A program made the position numbers and the translations under genes. The notes below the pieces were generated by a model that worked only from the letters and a program-made list of their open reading frames with translations, ran no database searches and was not told where the DNA came from. DNA of 64,000 nucleotides from Lachnospiraceae bacterium (GTDB taxonomy: Bacteria; Bacillota; Clostridia; Lachnospirales; Lachnospiraceae). Positions 8,626 to 17,510 of the stretch are shown here, piece after piece. The number at the start of each line of letters is the position of its first letter. Position 1 is the stretch's first letter. The stretch is from the NCBI GenBank assembly GCA_028692055.1, contig JAQUYA010000003.1:1036-65035 (forward strand), given 5' to 3'.

Positions 8626-9852
8626 ATGAAACGATTGCTTATAGTACTTTTATGTATTTGTATATGTGGTATGCCGATGAGTGCATATGCAAAGGAGAGC
8701 ATAAAGAGTTCTTCTGCGGCAAAGAGGTCAAACACCGAAAATGAACTGCATGGTGTATGGATCGCTACAGTTAAGCATATTGATTATCCGACTATACCGA
8801 CTACGAATGCAAAGACATTAAGAAATGAAATAGACAGGCAAGTTTCAGATTGCAAGGAAATGGGATTTAATACTATTTTTCTACAAGTAAGGCCAAACTG
8901 CGATGCAATTTATCCCTCAGCGCTTTTTCCGTGGAGTGCATATCTGACAGGAAACCAGGGTGTCGCTCCAGATGGAGGGTTTGATCCTTTGGCTCATTGG
9001 ATAAAGACTGCGCATGCAAAGGGAATGGAATTACATGCATGGATAAATCCGTATCGTATTACGAGTGATGGAGAAAAAGAGTGGAATGCAGTAAGTGCAA
9101 AAAGTCCGGCGAAGCTGCATCCGGAATGGGTAATACAGTATACGGATGGCAATTATTATTTTAACCCGGCAATCCCGGAAGTAAGACAATTAATTGAAGC
9201 CGGAATTATGGAGATTGTGAATCAATACGAGGTAGATGGCATTCATATGGATGATTATTTCTATCCAGGAAAAGATTTTCCAGATGAAGCATATTATGCA
9301 GCGAATAACCAGCAGAATTTTACTTCGATTGCAGATTGGCGTAGAAACAACGTAACGACATTAGTGCAGGAGATTAACCAGCAGGTACATGCTGCAAAAT
9401 CAGATATACAGTGGGGAATAAGTCCTTCCGGTGTATGGGAAAATAAGTCAGCCAATGCATTGGGAAGTGATACACAGGGGGGGAATCCTTCTTATTCAAA
9501 ACTGTATGCAGATACAAGGCTTTGGGCAACTGAGGGTTGGATTGACTATATTGCGCCACAAATATATTGGAATATCGGGCATGAAAAGGCAGATTATGCA
9601 ATATTGTTAGACTGGTGGACAACGACACTTGCGGGAAGCCAAACAAAATTATACATAGGTTTAGCAGATTACAAGGCATATCAGGCTACTGAAACAAGTG
9701 TATGGTATGGTGGAACTGAACTAAAGAAGCAAATGCAGATGAATGCAGACAATGGTGTTGTAGATGGTGAGATTCATTTTCGCTACAAATTGATTTCCGA
9801 GGATACTGTATTGAGAAAATTAATAACCAACAAATACAAAACTTTAAGTTAG
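8626..9852 (+). CDS. Secreted glycosyl-hydrolase-like family 10 (GHL10/DUF187, YngK-like) protein
   Basis: Signal peptide MKRLLIVLLCICICGMPMSAYA, then GVWIATV...FNTIFLQVRP...HAWINPYR motifs. A GGGAG RBS lies 6 nt before ATG 8626. In-frame upstream ATGs at 8581 and 8596 cannot be excluded. Confidence 0.7.
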   Translation: MKRLLIVLLCICICGMPMSAYAKESIKSSSAAKRSNTENELHGVWIATVKHIDYPTIPTTNAKTLRNEIDRQVSDCKEMGFNTIFLQVRPNCDAIYPSALFPWSAYLTGNQGVAPDGGFDPLAHWIKTAHAKGMELHAWINPYRITSDGEKEWNAVSAKSPAKLHPEWVIQYTDGNYYFNPAIPEVRQLIEAGIMEIVNQYEVDGIHMDDYFYPGKDFPDEAYYAANNQQNFTSIADWRRNNVTTLVQEINQQVHAAKSDIQWGISPSGVWENKSANALGSDTQGGNPSYSKLYADTRLWATEGWIDYIAPQIYWNIGHEKADYAILLDWWTTTLAGSQTKLYIGLADYKAYQATETSVWYGGTELKKQMQMNADNGVVDGEIHFRYKLISEDTVLRKLITNKYKTLS

Positions 9853-9882
9853 CATACTGACAAGGGCGTGGCTCCATACGTA

Positions 9883-10209
9883 ATCTGAAACGAGTTCTAC
9901 TGTATCGAAGCAGCCACAAGTAACTAATATTGTGAAAATTCCATACGATAATATAGTAATAAAGTATATCCTTATAGTACTTTAAATCATAAAACTACAG
10001 TACCCGAAAGGATTCCACAAAAATGTATAGTTTTGTCCCAAATTGGAAAATTAAAATTTTAAAAATTAAATTCATAGAAGTATCTGCGTTGGCTACTATT
10101 TATATTCGTTTAAAGTATAATTAAGCCTATAATTTTTTTTACTACTTACTATTCTATTGTACAAAAATGTGTTTCGTGGTTGCTTCAATACAGTAGAATC
10201 GTTTCAGAT
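9883..10209. repeat. Inverted repeat A: arms 9883-9917 and 10176-10209 flanking an AT-rich 258-bp segment
   Basis: ATCTGAAACGAGTTCTACTGTATCGAAGCAGCCAC versus the reverse complement of GTGGTTGCTTCAATACAGTAGAATCGTTTCAGAT: 2 mismatches and a 1-nt indel. Confidence 0.9.
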
Positions 10210-10416
10210 AGCGTGGGGCGTCCCTTCTGTTTGCATCCTGTAACATTTGGAATTATGCTTAGAAAATATTAGAGTGGAAAAAGAAAATGTCGCAATCCCT
10301 CGGTTTTGTATGTCTTAACAAACGTCACATATTTTCTTTTTGAACTCTTAGATTTTCTTGCATAATGGAGAGTTACAGGATGCAAACAGAAGGGACTCCC
10401 CACGCTATCTGAAACG
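10200..10416. repeat. Inverted repeat B: 45-bp arms (10200-10244 / 10372-10416, 1 mismatch) around 127 bp that is itself an imperfect palindrome
   Basis: CGTTTCAGATAGCGTGGGGCGTCCCTTCTGTTTGCATCCTGTAAC pairs with GTTACAGGATGCAAACAGAAGGGACTCCCCACGCTATCTGAAACG. The inner ~45 nt on each side still align at roughly 80 percent. Confidence 0.9.
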
Positions 10417-10455
10417 TGCCACAACCTCCCGTGCAGCCACACAATATGTGCTAAC

Positions 10456-11559
10456 TTAAAAATTTTGTACCATCATTTTTAAAACATGGTTTGCATAAGT
10501 TGAAAAATCATCACGTTGTTTTTTAAATTCATCGGTTAGCTCAAAGAACAGGTCTTTGCTATGATAGTCACTTTTGAAGAAGGGCTGAAAGAGAATGTCC
10601 CATTGAGGTAAGTAGGAAGACTGCTTTCTGGTGTAGCAGGTAGAAGCAGTTGCCTTTATGCGATGATCTCTGTCTACAAAATGTGCAACGGATTTATGAA
10701 TGGCATTATCTTCCACAGGAAGATAGTAGTAGTCCTTATAGTTTGCATAGAAATATTTTAATTCACCTTCAAAAAGAGGGACTTTCAAGGTTCCTTCTGA
10801 TTCGAAACCTGTAAAATAGCAACCGCGTATGCTCTGTGAGATAGCGACTGGAAGCGGGTTCTTGAAGTGTAATTTCATTAATATTTCCTGCTTTTTATCA
10901 TCATTGTAATCTGTGTAGTAATTTGCCTGTACTTTTGTGACACGTACCGTATCCATAAATAAATCACAGTAAGCTAATACCGGGAGCAGGGTCACTAATC
11001 CCTGGATATCATCTGCATTATGTAACAAAAGTGCCTGTAGATTAAAATCATTTGGGGATTGCACGTAATCATGATAGATACTAATTAATTCTCCACCTTG
11101 AAAAGTGTCTTCACGGTCAACATTTAAGAAGGTTTCGATTGTTTTCTGCTTACAGTTTGGTAATTTGAGAAAATCCTTAAACGGAGCTATTCTACGGTAT
11201 AAATCCAAAGCTTCAAAACGTTCAAAGGTATCTGGCAATTTATAGAAAATAGCTTTTTGCTGCAGGTATGGAATATCAAAATTATTTCCATTAAAATGGA
11301 CAAAAGAGGAATAGTCTTTACTGAAGTGAAAGAATTCTTTCAAAATATTTACTTCGTCCTCATAATTAGTTGCAAACCATTGAATTAAATAAAAGGATTT
11401 TTCTTTATAATAAATACAGCCTATCAGGTAAAGAGAGGACCCTTTTGCTGTAAAACCAGTGGTTTCAATGTCGATAAAGAGAGTTTTTGTTAAATCCATA
11501 AGTGTTTCCAATGGATAGGTGAGTTTTAAATTTGGTAAAGGTGTTTTGATTATTTTCAT
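10456..11559 (-). CDS. RNase H-fold DEDDh 3'-5' exonuclease, YprB/MrfB-like
   Basis: Exo motifs FIDIETTG, HFNGNNFDIPYL and LLHNADDIQGL. Start set at ATG 11559 (MKIIKT) with a GGAG RBS; the ORF-track start 11610 gives a 17-aa extension. Confidence 0.7.
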   Translation of the reverse strand: MKIIKTPLPNLKLTYPLETLMDLTKTLFIDIETTGFTAKGSSLYLIGCIYYKEKSFYLIQWFATNYEDEVNILKEFFHFSKDYSSFVHFNGNNFDIPYLQQKAIFYKLPDTFERFEALDLYRRIAPFKDFLKLPNCKQKTIETFLNVDREDTFQGGELISIYHDYVQSPNDFNLQALLLHNADDIQGLVTLLPVLAYCDLFMDTVRVTKVQANYYTDYNDDKKQEILMKLHFKNPLPVAISQSIRGCYFTGFESEGTLKVPLFEGELKYFYANYKDYYYLPVEDNAIHKSVAHFVDRDHRIKATASTCYTRKQSSYLPQWDILFQPFFKSDYHSKDLFFELTDEFKKQRDDFSTYANHVLKMMVQNF

Positions 11560-11723
11560 AGTAACTCCATGTGTAAAAGATTTCGTTAATGGTTGGTTTA
11601 ATAATAGCATATTTTGTAAAATTGCAGTAGTATTTTTTGTTGAAAAATAGTATATTTATATAGTGAGAAAAGTTCTAAAATCACAAAAAAGGACTAGATG
11701 GAAACAGGGAGGAAGGTTAGAAG

Positions 11724-13043
11724 ATGTCAAAATTTACATTTATAGGTGGAATTCATCCTTATGACGGAAAAGATTTATCAAAAGATAAACCAATTAAAGA
11801 AATTCTGCCAAAAGGCGATTTATTTTATCCGCTTTCTCAACACATTGGAGCCCCGGCGACGCCAATCGTAGCGAAGGGGGACCATGTATTAACCGGTCAG
11901 AAAATTGCAGAGGCGGGTGGTTTTGTATCTTCCCCAATCTATGCAACGGTATCGGGAACTGTAAAAGCAATCGAAGCACACAGAGTTACCACAGGGGATA
12001 TGGCAACCTGCATTGTAATTGAAAATGATGGTTTATATGAAGAAGTAACGTATCATCCAATTGATTCGCTGGAAAATATCAGTAAAGAAGAAATCATTAA
12101 CCGCATAAAAGAGGGCGGTGTTGTCGGCATGGGTGGAGCTGGATTTCCAACGCATGTGAAGCTCTCGCCGAAGGAACCGAATAAAATAGAATATGTGATT
12201 GTAAACTGTGCAGAGTGTGAGCCATATCTGACATCAGATTATCGTAGAATGTTAGAAGAACCGGAAAAACTGATTCAGGGATTAAAGGTTTCACTGCAAT
12301 TATTTGAAAACGCGCAAGGTGTATTGGCTGTAGAAGATAATAAACCGGATTGTATTGCCTTATTAAAGAAATTAACAAAAGACGAAAAACGTATCAGCGT
12401 CAAAGAGTTAAAAACGAAGTACCCACAGGGTGCAGAACGACAATTGATTTATGCAGTGACAAAAAGACAGATTAATTCGTCTATGTTACCGGCAGATGCA
12501 GGTTGTGTGGTAAATAATGTAGATAGCGTAGTGGCTATTTATAATGCGGTTATGCTGGGTCGTCCATTGATGCAGAGAATTGTAACAGTAACTGGAGATG
12601 CCATTAATAATCCTAGAAACTTTGCAGTTCGAGTAGGTACTATTTACTCAGAATTAGTTGAAGAAGCAGGTGGGTTCAAGGCAGAACCGGAGAAAATCAT
12701 ATCTGGTGGACCGATGATGGGATTTGCCTTATTTGATACCAATGTACCGGTAACGAAAACAACCTCAGCCCTTCTTTGTATGACAAAAGATGAGGTTTCT
12801 CAATATGAGCCATCTGCATGTATTAATTGCGGTAAATGTGTGGAAGTATGTCCAGGACGTGTTGTACCCAGCCGATTAGCTGATTATGCAGAACATGGAG
12901 ATACAGAGCAATTTGAAGCGCATGAAGGTATGGAATGCTGTGAATGCGGCTGCTGCAGTTTCGTATGTCCTGCGAAGCGCCAGCTAACACAGTCCATCAA
13001 ATCCATGCGTAAAATAGTACTGGCAAATAGAAAAAAGAAATAG
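11724..13043 (+). CDS. rnfC: Rnf electron transport complex subunit C
   Basis: 439 aa; GMGGAGFPTHVK NADH/FMN motif and two 4Fe-4S motifs (CINCGKCVEVCP, CCECGCCSFVCP); first gene of rnfCDGEAB. Confidence 0.9.
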   Translation: MSKFTFIGGIHPYDGKDLSKDKPIKEILPKGDLFYPLSQHIGAPATPIVAKGDHVLTGQKIAEAGGFVSSPIYATVSGTVKAIEAHRVTTGDMATCIVIENDGLYEEVTYHPIDSLENISKEEIINRIKEGGVVGMGGAGFPTHVKLSPKEPNKIEYVIVNCAECEPYLTSDYRRMLEEPEKLIQGLKVSLQLFENAQGVLAVEDNKPDCIALLKKLTKDEKRISVKELKTKYPQGAERQLIYAVTKRQINSSMLPADAGCVVNNVDSVVAIYNAVMLGRPLMQRIVTVTGDAINNPRNFAVRVGTIYSELVEEAGGFKAEPEKIISGGPMMGFALFDTNVPVTKTTSALLCMTKDEVSQYEPSACINCGKCVEVCPGRVVPSRLADYAEHGDTEQFEAHEGMECCECGCCSFVCPAKRQLTQSIKSMRKIVLANRKKK

Positions 13044-13051
13044 GAGCGAGA

Positions 13052-13987
13052 ATGATGAGCAATTTGATGAAAGTATCTTCCAATCCGCATGTTCGATCAA
13101 AGGTTACCACAAGCAACATCATGCTTGCAGTTGTCATCGCATTATTACCTGCAACCTGCTTTGGTATCTATAATTTCGGCTTACATGCATTATTACTAAT
13201 TTTAACAACCGTTGCTACTACGGTATTGGCGGAACTTATTTATGAGAAGGCAATGAAACAGAAAGTAACTATCGGTGACTTTTCAGCCGTAGTTACCGGA
13301 TTGATATTAGCGTTAAATTTACCACCACAGGCACCATTATGGATTGGTGTAATAGGTGGAATCTTTGCAATTATAGTAGTAAAGATGCTATTCGGTGGTC
13401 TTGGACAGAATTTTATGAACCCGGCGGCCGCTGCAAGATGTTTTTTATTAATATCGTTTACCTCGATTATGACAAACTTTGATTGTGATGCTTATACAGG
13501 AGCTACACCACTTGCGTCTATCAAAGCTGGTGAATCTGTCAATGTGTTAAACATGATTATCGGAAAAACAGGAGGAGCAATTGGAGAAACTTCCATGCTT
13601 GCGATTGTACTTGGTGCATGCATACTAATTATGGTAGGGGCCATTGATTTGACAATCCCAGGAAGTTATATTTTAAGCTTTGTCATATTCCTTGTTTTAT
13701 TTAGTGGACATGGGCTGGATATGACTTATATTTCAGCAGAACTTGCAGGCGGAGGTTTAATGCTGGGTGCTTTCTTCATGGCAACGGATTATGTTACGAG
13801 GCCGATTACGGAGAAAGGACAGTATTTATTTGGCATTTTGTTAGGTATTCTGACCGGTATTTTCCGTGTGTTTGGTGCCTCAGCAGAAGGAGTATCCTAT
13901 GCTATTATTATCGGCAATCTGTTAGTGCCATTGATAGAACGTATTACATATCCAAAGGCTTTCGGTAGAGGAGGTAAAAAGGCATGA
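13052..13987 (+). CDS. rnfD: Rnf complex subunit D
   Basis: Polytopic membrane protein with NqrB/RnfD-type motifs (GGLGQNFMNPA, the GATPL flavinylation region, FFMATDYVT). Confidence 0.9.
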   Translation: MMSNLMKVSSNPHVRSKVTTSNIMLAVVIALLPATCFGIYNFGLHALLLILTTVATTVLAELIYEKAMKQKVTIGDFSAVVTGLILALNLPPQAPLWIGVIGGIFAIIVVKMLFGGLGQNFMNPAAAARCFLLISFTSIMTNFDCDAYTGATPLASIKAGESVNVLNMIIGKTGGAIGETSMLAIVLGACILIMVGAIDLTIPGSYILSFVIFLVLFSGHGLDMTYISAELAGGGLMLGAFFMATDYVTRPITEKGQYLFGILLGILTGIFRVFGASAEGVSYAIIIGNLLVPLIERITYPKAFGRGGKKA

Positions 13988-14616
13988 AAGAGAATACGCA
14001 GATAAAAGGCATGTTAAAAGATGCGCTTATTCTATTAGTGATTACAATAGTTGCCGGTCTTGCTCTTGGTTTTGTATATGAAGTGACAAAAGCACCAATT
14101 GCAGCACAGGAGGTAAAAGCAAAAAATAATGCCTGTGCAGAGGTTTTCGCAGATGCATCTTCCTTTGAAGCATATCTTGATTTTGATGCAGCGGCTGCAA
14201 GAAAGGTTCTGGATGCAGCGGGGCTGGCAGAACAGGATATTGACGAAGCCATGGTTGCATTAGACGCCGGTGGAAGTTCAATTGGTTATGTTTTTAATGT
14301 TACGACACATGAAGGATATGGCGGTGATATTACATTTTCCATGGGTGTCCAAAAGGATGGCACTTTAAATGGAATATCCATTCTTTCTATTTCAGAAACA
14401 GCCGGACTCGGTATGAAAGCAAAAGAGGAAGCCTTTGCAGACCAATGGAAGAATAAGAAGGTAGATAAATTTGAATATACAAAAACAGGTGCAGCCGCAG
14501 ACAACCAGATTGATGCAATTAGCGGTGCTACCATTACCACAAATGCAATGACCAATGGAGTCAACGCTGGATTGGCTTATTTTGCAAGTATCGAAGGAGG
14601 TAACCAGAATGAATAA
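13984..14616 (+). CDS. rnfG: Rnf complex subunit G (FMN-binding)
   Basis: N-terminal anchor plus the FMN_bind motif DAISGATITT. Its ATG overlaps the rnfD stop (ATGA). Confidence 0.9.
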   Translation: MKENTQIKGMLKDALILLVITIVAGLALGFVYEVTKAPIAAQEVKAKNNACAEVFADASSFEAYLDFDAAAARKVLDAAGLAEQDIDEAMVALDAGGSSIGYVFNVTTHEGYGGDITFSMGVQKDGTLNGISILSISETAGLGMKAKEEAFADQWKNKKVDKFEYTKTGAAADNQIDAISGATITTNAMTNGVNAGLAYFASIEGGNQNE

Positions 14617-15355
14617 AGCAGGTGAACGTTTATTTAATGGTTTAATTAAGGAAAATCCTACTTTTGTACTGATGCTTGGTATGTGTCCTACACTGGCAGT
14701 TACTACGTCCGCAATAAATGGTTGCGGGATGGGACTTACTACAACAGCAGTATTGGTTATGAGTAATATGATTATTGCGTTGCTTCGTAATATTATTCCG
14801 GATAAGGTAAGAATTCCGGCATTTATTGTTATTATTGCATCTTTTGTTACCGTATTGGAGCTATTACTGGAAGGTTTTCTGCCGAGTCTTTATGACGCAT
14901 TGGGACTTTACATACCATTAATTGTAGTAAACTGTATTATTTTAGGCAGAGCAGAAGCGTATGCCTCTAAGAATCCGGTTATTCCGTCTTTATTTGATGG
15001 TCTTGGAATGGGACTTGGATTTACACTTGGTCTTACCTGTATCGGTATGGTGAGAGAATTTATAGGTGCAGGTCAAATCTTTGGATTCCAGATTTTACCG
15101 CTTGCAGATGCAGCGAAAGGTGTGACAGGATATACACCAGTTAGTATCTTTGTTTTAGCGCCTGGTGCGTTCTTCGTATTAGCCTGCCTGACGGCATTAC
15201 AGAATAAGGTCCGCATTAAAGCAGCAGCCAAAGGCAATGTGGAATCGGCTAAAAAATTATCCTGTGGTACTGACTGTGCAACCTGTGGCAATACAGGCTG
15301 TGGCGGTAAATTTTATGACACTTCTATAAATGACGATAAGAAGAAAGAAGAATAG
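14609..15355 (+). CDS. rnfE: Rnf complex subunit E, with an unusual Cys-rich C-terminal tail
   Basis: NPTFVLMLGMCPTLAVT and YIPLIVVNCIILGRAEA motifs. Start set at ATG 14609 after a GGAGG RBS. The tail carries SCGTDCATCGNTGCGG. Confidence 0.85.
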   Translation: MNKAGERLFNGLIKENPTFVLMLGMCPTLAVTTSAINGCGMGLTTTAVLVMSNMIIALLRNIIPDKVRIPAFIVIIASFVTVLELLLEGFLPSLYDALGLYIPLIVVNCIILGRAEAYASKNPVIPSLFDGLGMGLGFTLGLTCIGMVREFIGAGQIFGFQILPLADAAKGVTGYTPVSIFVLAPGAFFVLACLTALQNKVRIKAAAKGNVESAKKLSCGTDCATCGNTGCGGKFYDTSINDDKKKEE

Positions 15356-15369
15356 GGGGAGCGTACACA

Positions 15370-15945
15370 ATGAAAGAATTATTAATTATAGCAATCGGTT
15401 CTGCACTTGTAAATAATGTTGTACTTAGCCAATTCTTAGGACTATGTCCATTTCTTGGTGTGTCAAAGAAGGTAGATACCGCAGCAGGTATGGGAACAGC
15501 GGTTATTTTTGTAATTACATTAGCATCAGCAGTAACGGGTGCCATTTATCAGTTTATTCTGACACCCCTTAATATTACTTATCTGCAAACCATTGTCTTT
15601 ATTCTGGTTATTGCTGCATTGGTTCAATTTGTAGAGATGTTCCTGAAGAAATTCATGCAGCCGCTTTATCAGGCACTGGGTGTGTATCTGCCATTGATTA
15701 CCACCAACTGTGCGGTACTTGGTGTTGCATTGACAAACGTGCAGAAATCCTATGGAATTCTTACCGGTGTGGTAAATGGCTTTGCAACAGCAGCCGGATT
15801 TACAATATCGATAATTATCCTGGCGGGACTTAGAGAAAAAATGGAATATAATGATGTACCAAAAGCATTTCAGGGAATGCCCATTGTACTGGTAACGGCG
15901 GGACTTATGGCAATTGCTTTTTGTGGATTTTCAGGGCTTCTTTAA
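15370..15945 (+). CDS. rnfA: Rnf complex subunit A
   Basis: 191 aa, six helices, NNVVLSQFLGLCPFLGVS and YLPLITTNCAVLG motifs. Confidence 0.9.
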   Translation: MKELLIIAIGSALVNNVVLSQFLGLCPFLGVSKKVDTAAGMGTAVIFVITLASAVTGAIYQFILTPLNITYLQTIVFILVIAALVQFVEMFLKKFMQPLYQALGVYLPLITTNCAVLGVALTNVQKSYGILTGVVNGFATAAGFTISIIILAGLREKMEYNDVPKAFQGMPIVLVTAGLMAIAFCGFSGLL

Positions 15946-15970
15946 GACAAGAAAGGGATAGGTTATCGAC

Positions 15971-16762
15971 ATGAATATAACAGGAATTATAATTGCAGTA
16001 GTAGTCGTTGGTGGAGTTGGACTTTTTATAGGTCTGTTCCTCGGAATTGCGGCAATTAAATTTAGGGTAGAGGTAGATGAAAGGGAGGAAGCAGTGTTAG
16101 CTGTTCTTCCTGGAAATAACTGTGGTGGCTGCGGTTATGCAGGCTGTTCCAATCTGGCGGCAGCGATTGCCAAAGGGGAGGCACCGGTAAATGCATGTCC
16201 AGTCGGTGGCGAGCCGGTAGGAGAAAAGATTGCAGAAATCATGGGTGTAGATGCTGGGGCAAGTACGAAGATGGTTGCTTTTGTGAAATGTGCAGGTACT
16301 TGTGAAAAAACAAATACAGATTATGATTACAGTGGTATAAAAGATTGTAAAATGGCGGCTTTTGTACCAAATGGTGGTCCAAAGAGTTGTAATTTTGGTT
16401 GTCTTGGTTATGGAAACTGCGTAAAGGTATGTCCCTTTGATGCAATTCATATTGTGAATGGAATTGCCGAAGTAGACAAAGAAATATGTAAAGCATGTGG
16501 CAAATGTATCGCAGAGTGTCCAAAACAATTGATTGAACTAGTGCCTTATGATGCAAAGCATATAGTACAATGTAATTCTTCCGATAAAGGACCAGTTACA
16601 ATGAAAGCCTGTCAAACGGGCTGTATCGGTTGTGGTTTATGTGTGAAGGCATGTCCGAGCGGAGCGGTTACGGTGGAAAATTTCCATGCACATATTGATC
16701 AGGACAAATGTACTGGTTGTGGTTTATGTAAAGAGAAGTGCCCGAAGAAAGTTATCATATAG
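15971..16762 (+). CDS. rnfB: Rnf complex subunit B (polyferredoxin)
   Basis: N-terminal anchor, CGGCGYAGC motif and several CxxCxxCxxxCP ferredoxin clusters. Confidence 0.9.
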   Translation: MNITGIIIAVVVVGGVGLFIGLFLGIAAIKFRVEVDEREEAVLAVLPGNNCGGCGYAGCSNLAAAIAKGEAPVNACPVGGEPVGEKIAEIMGVDAGASTKMVAFVKCAGTCEKTNTDYDYSGIKDCKMAAFVPNGGPKSCNFGCLGYGNCVKVCPFDAIHIVNGIAEVDKEICKACGKCIAECPKQLIELVPYDAKHIVQCNSSDKGPVTMKACQTGCIGCGLCVKACPSGAVTVENFHAHIDQDKCTGCGLCKEKCPKKVII

Positions 16763-16881
16763 GACACAAAGCAACGGAGTAATCCGTATGCATCAGTTAG
16801 GGGCAAAAATACTTTTGACCCTAACATCATTATATACGAAAATATAGAAAAAGTACGGCTGGGAAGGTTTGGTTGAAAAGT

Positions 16882-17496
16882 ATGAGTCATGTGACAATAG
16901 TCGGAATCGCTGGTGGTTCAGCGTCTGGAAAAACAACGATCGTAAATCGTATCAAGGAAACATTTGGAGAGGATATCGTAGTAATCAGTCATGATTGCTA
17001 TTATAAGGCACATGATGATTTGACCTATGAAGACCGTTCCAAATTGAATTATGATCATCCATCTTCCTTTGATACAGAACGTATGGTGGACGATGTAAAG
17101 AAATTGAAAAAGAATATGGAAGTGGACATTCCAGTCTATGATTACACAATTCACAATCGCTCCAAAGAAACGACTCATATTATTCCCAAACCGGTTATTA
17201 TCCTGGAGGGTATTCTGATTTTGGAGAATAAAGAGCTTCGGGAATTAATGGATATTAAAGTATTCGTAGATGCAGATGCAGATGAGAGATTGATACGACG
17301 TATCAAACGTGATATGGCAGAGCGTGCAAGAAGTGTAGAATCTATATTATCACAATATGCAGATACGGTAAAACCAATGCATGAGCAATTTATAGAACCG
17401 TCTAAGAAATACGCAGACGTTATCATTCCTCGTGGAGGTGAAAACACGACAGGAATTCATATTCTTCAAGAGCATCTGAAGCTAATGCTTGCATAA
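16882..17496 (+). CDS. udk: Uridine kinase
   Basis: IVGIAGGSASGKTT P-loop, YDHPSSFD and IILEGIL motifs. ATG 16882 is preferred over the TTG at 16873. Confidence 0.85.
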   Translation: MSHVTIVGIAGGSASGKTTIVNRIKETFGEDIVVISHDCYYKAHDDLTYEDRSKLNYDHPSSFDTERMVDDVKKLKKNMEVDIPVYDYTIHNRSKETTHIIPKPVIILEGILILENKELRELMDIKVFVDADADERLIRRIKRDMAERARSVESILSQYADTVKPMHEQFIEPSKKYADVIIPRGGENTTGIHILQEHLKLMLA

Positions 17497-17510
17497 ACGT
17501 AAAGGATACC

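Noticed and set aside
9848-10442. Considered a CRISPR array, integron attC sites, a retron msr/msd, a tRNA or tmRNA, or IS ends for the repeat spacer.
   Set aside because: The repeats are inverted, not direct with unique spacers. No GTTRRRY cores, RT gene, cas genes, transposase, tRNA cloverleaf or tmRNA termini are present, and no target-site duplication is evident. Only the generic description (an inverted-repeat, possibly invertible or MITE-like structure) is supportable.
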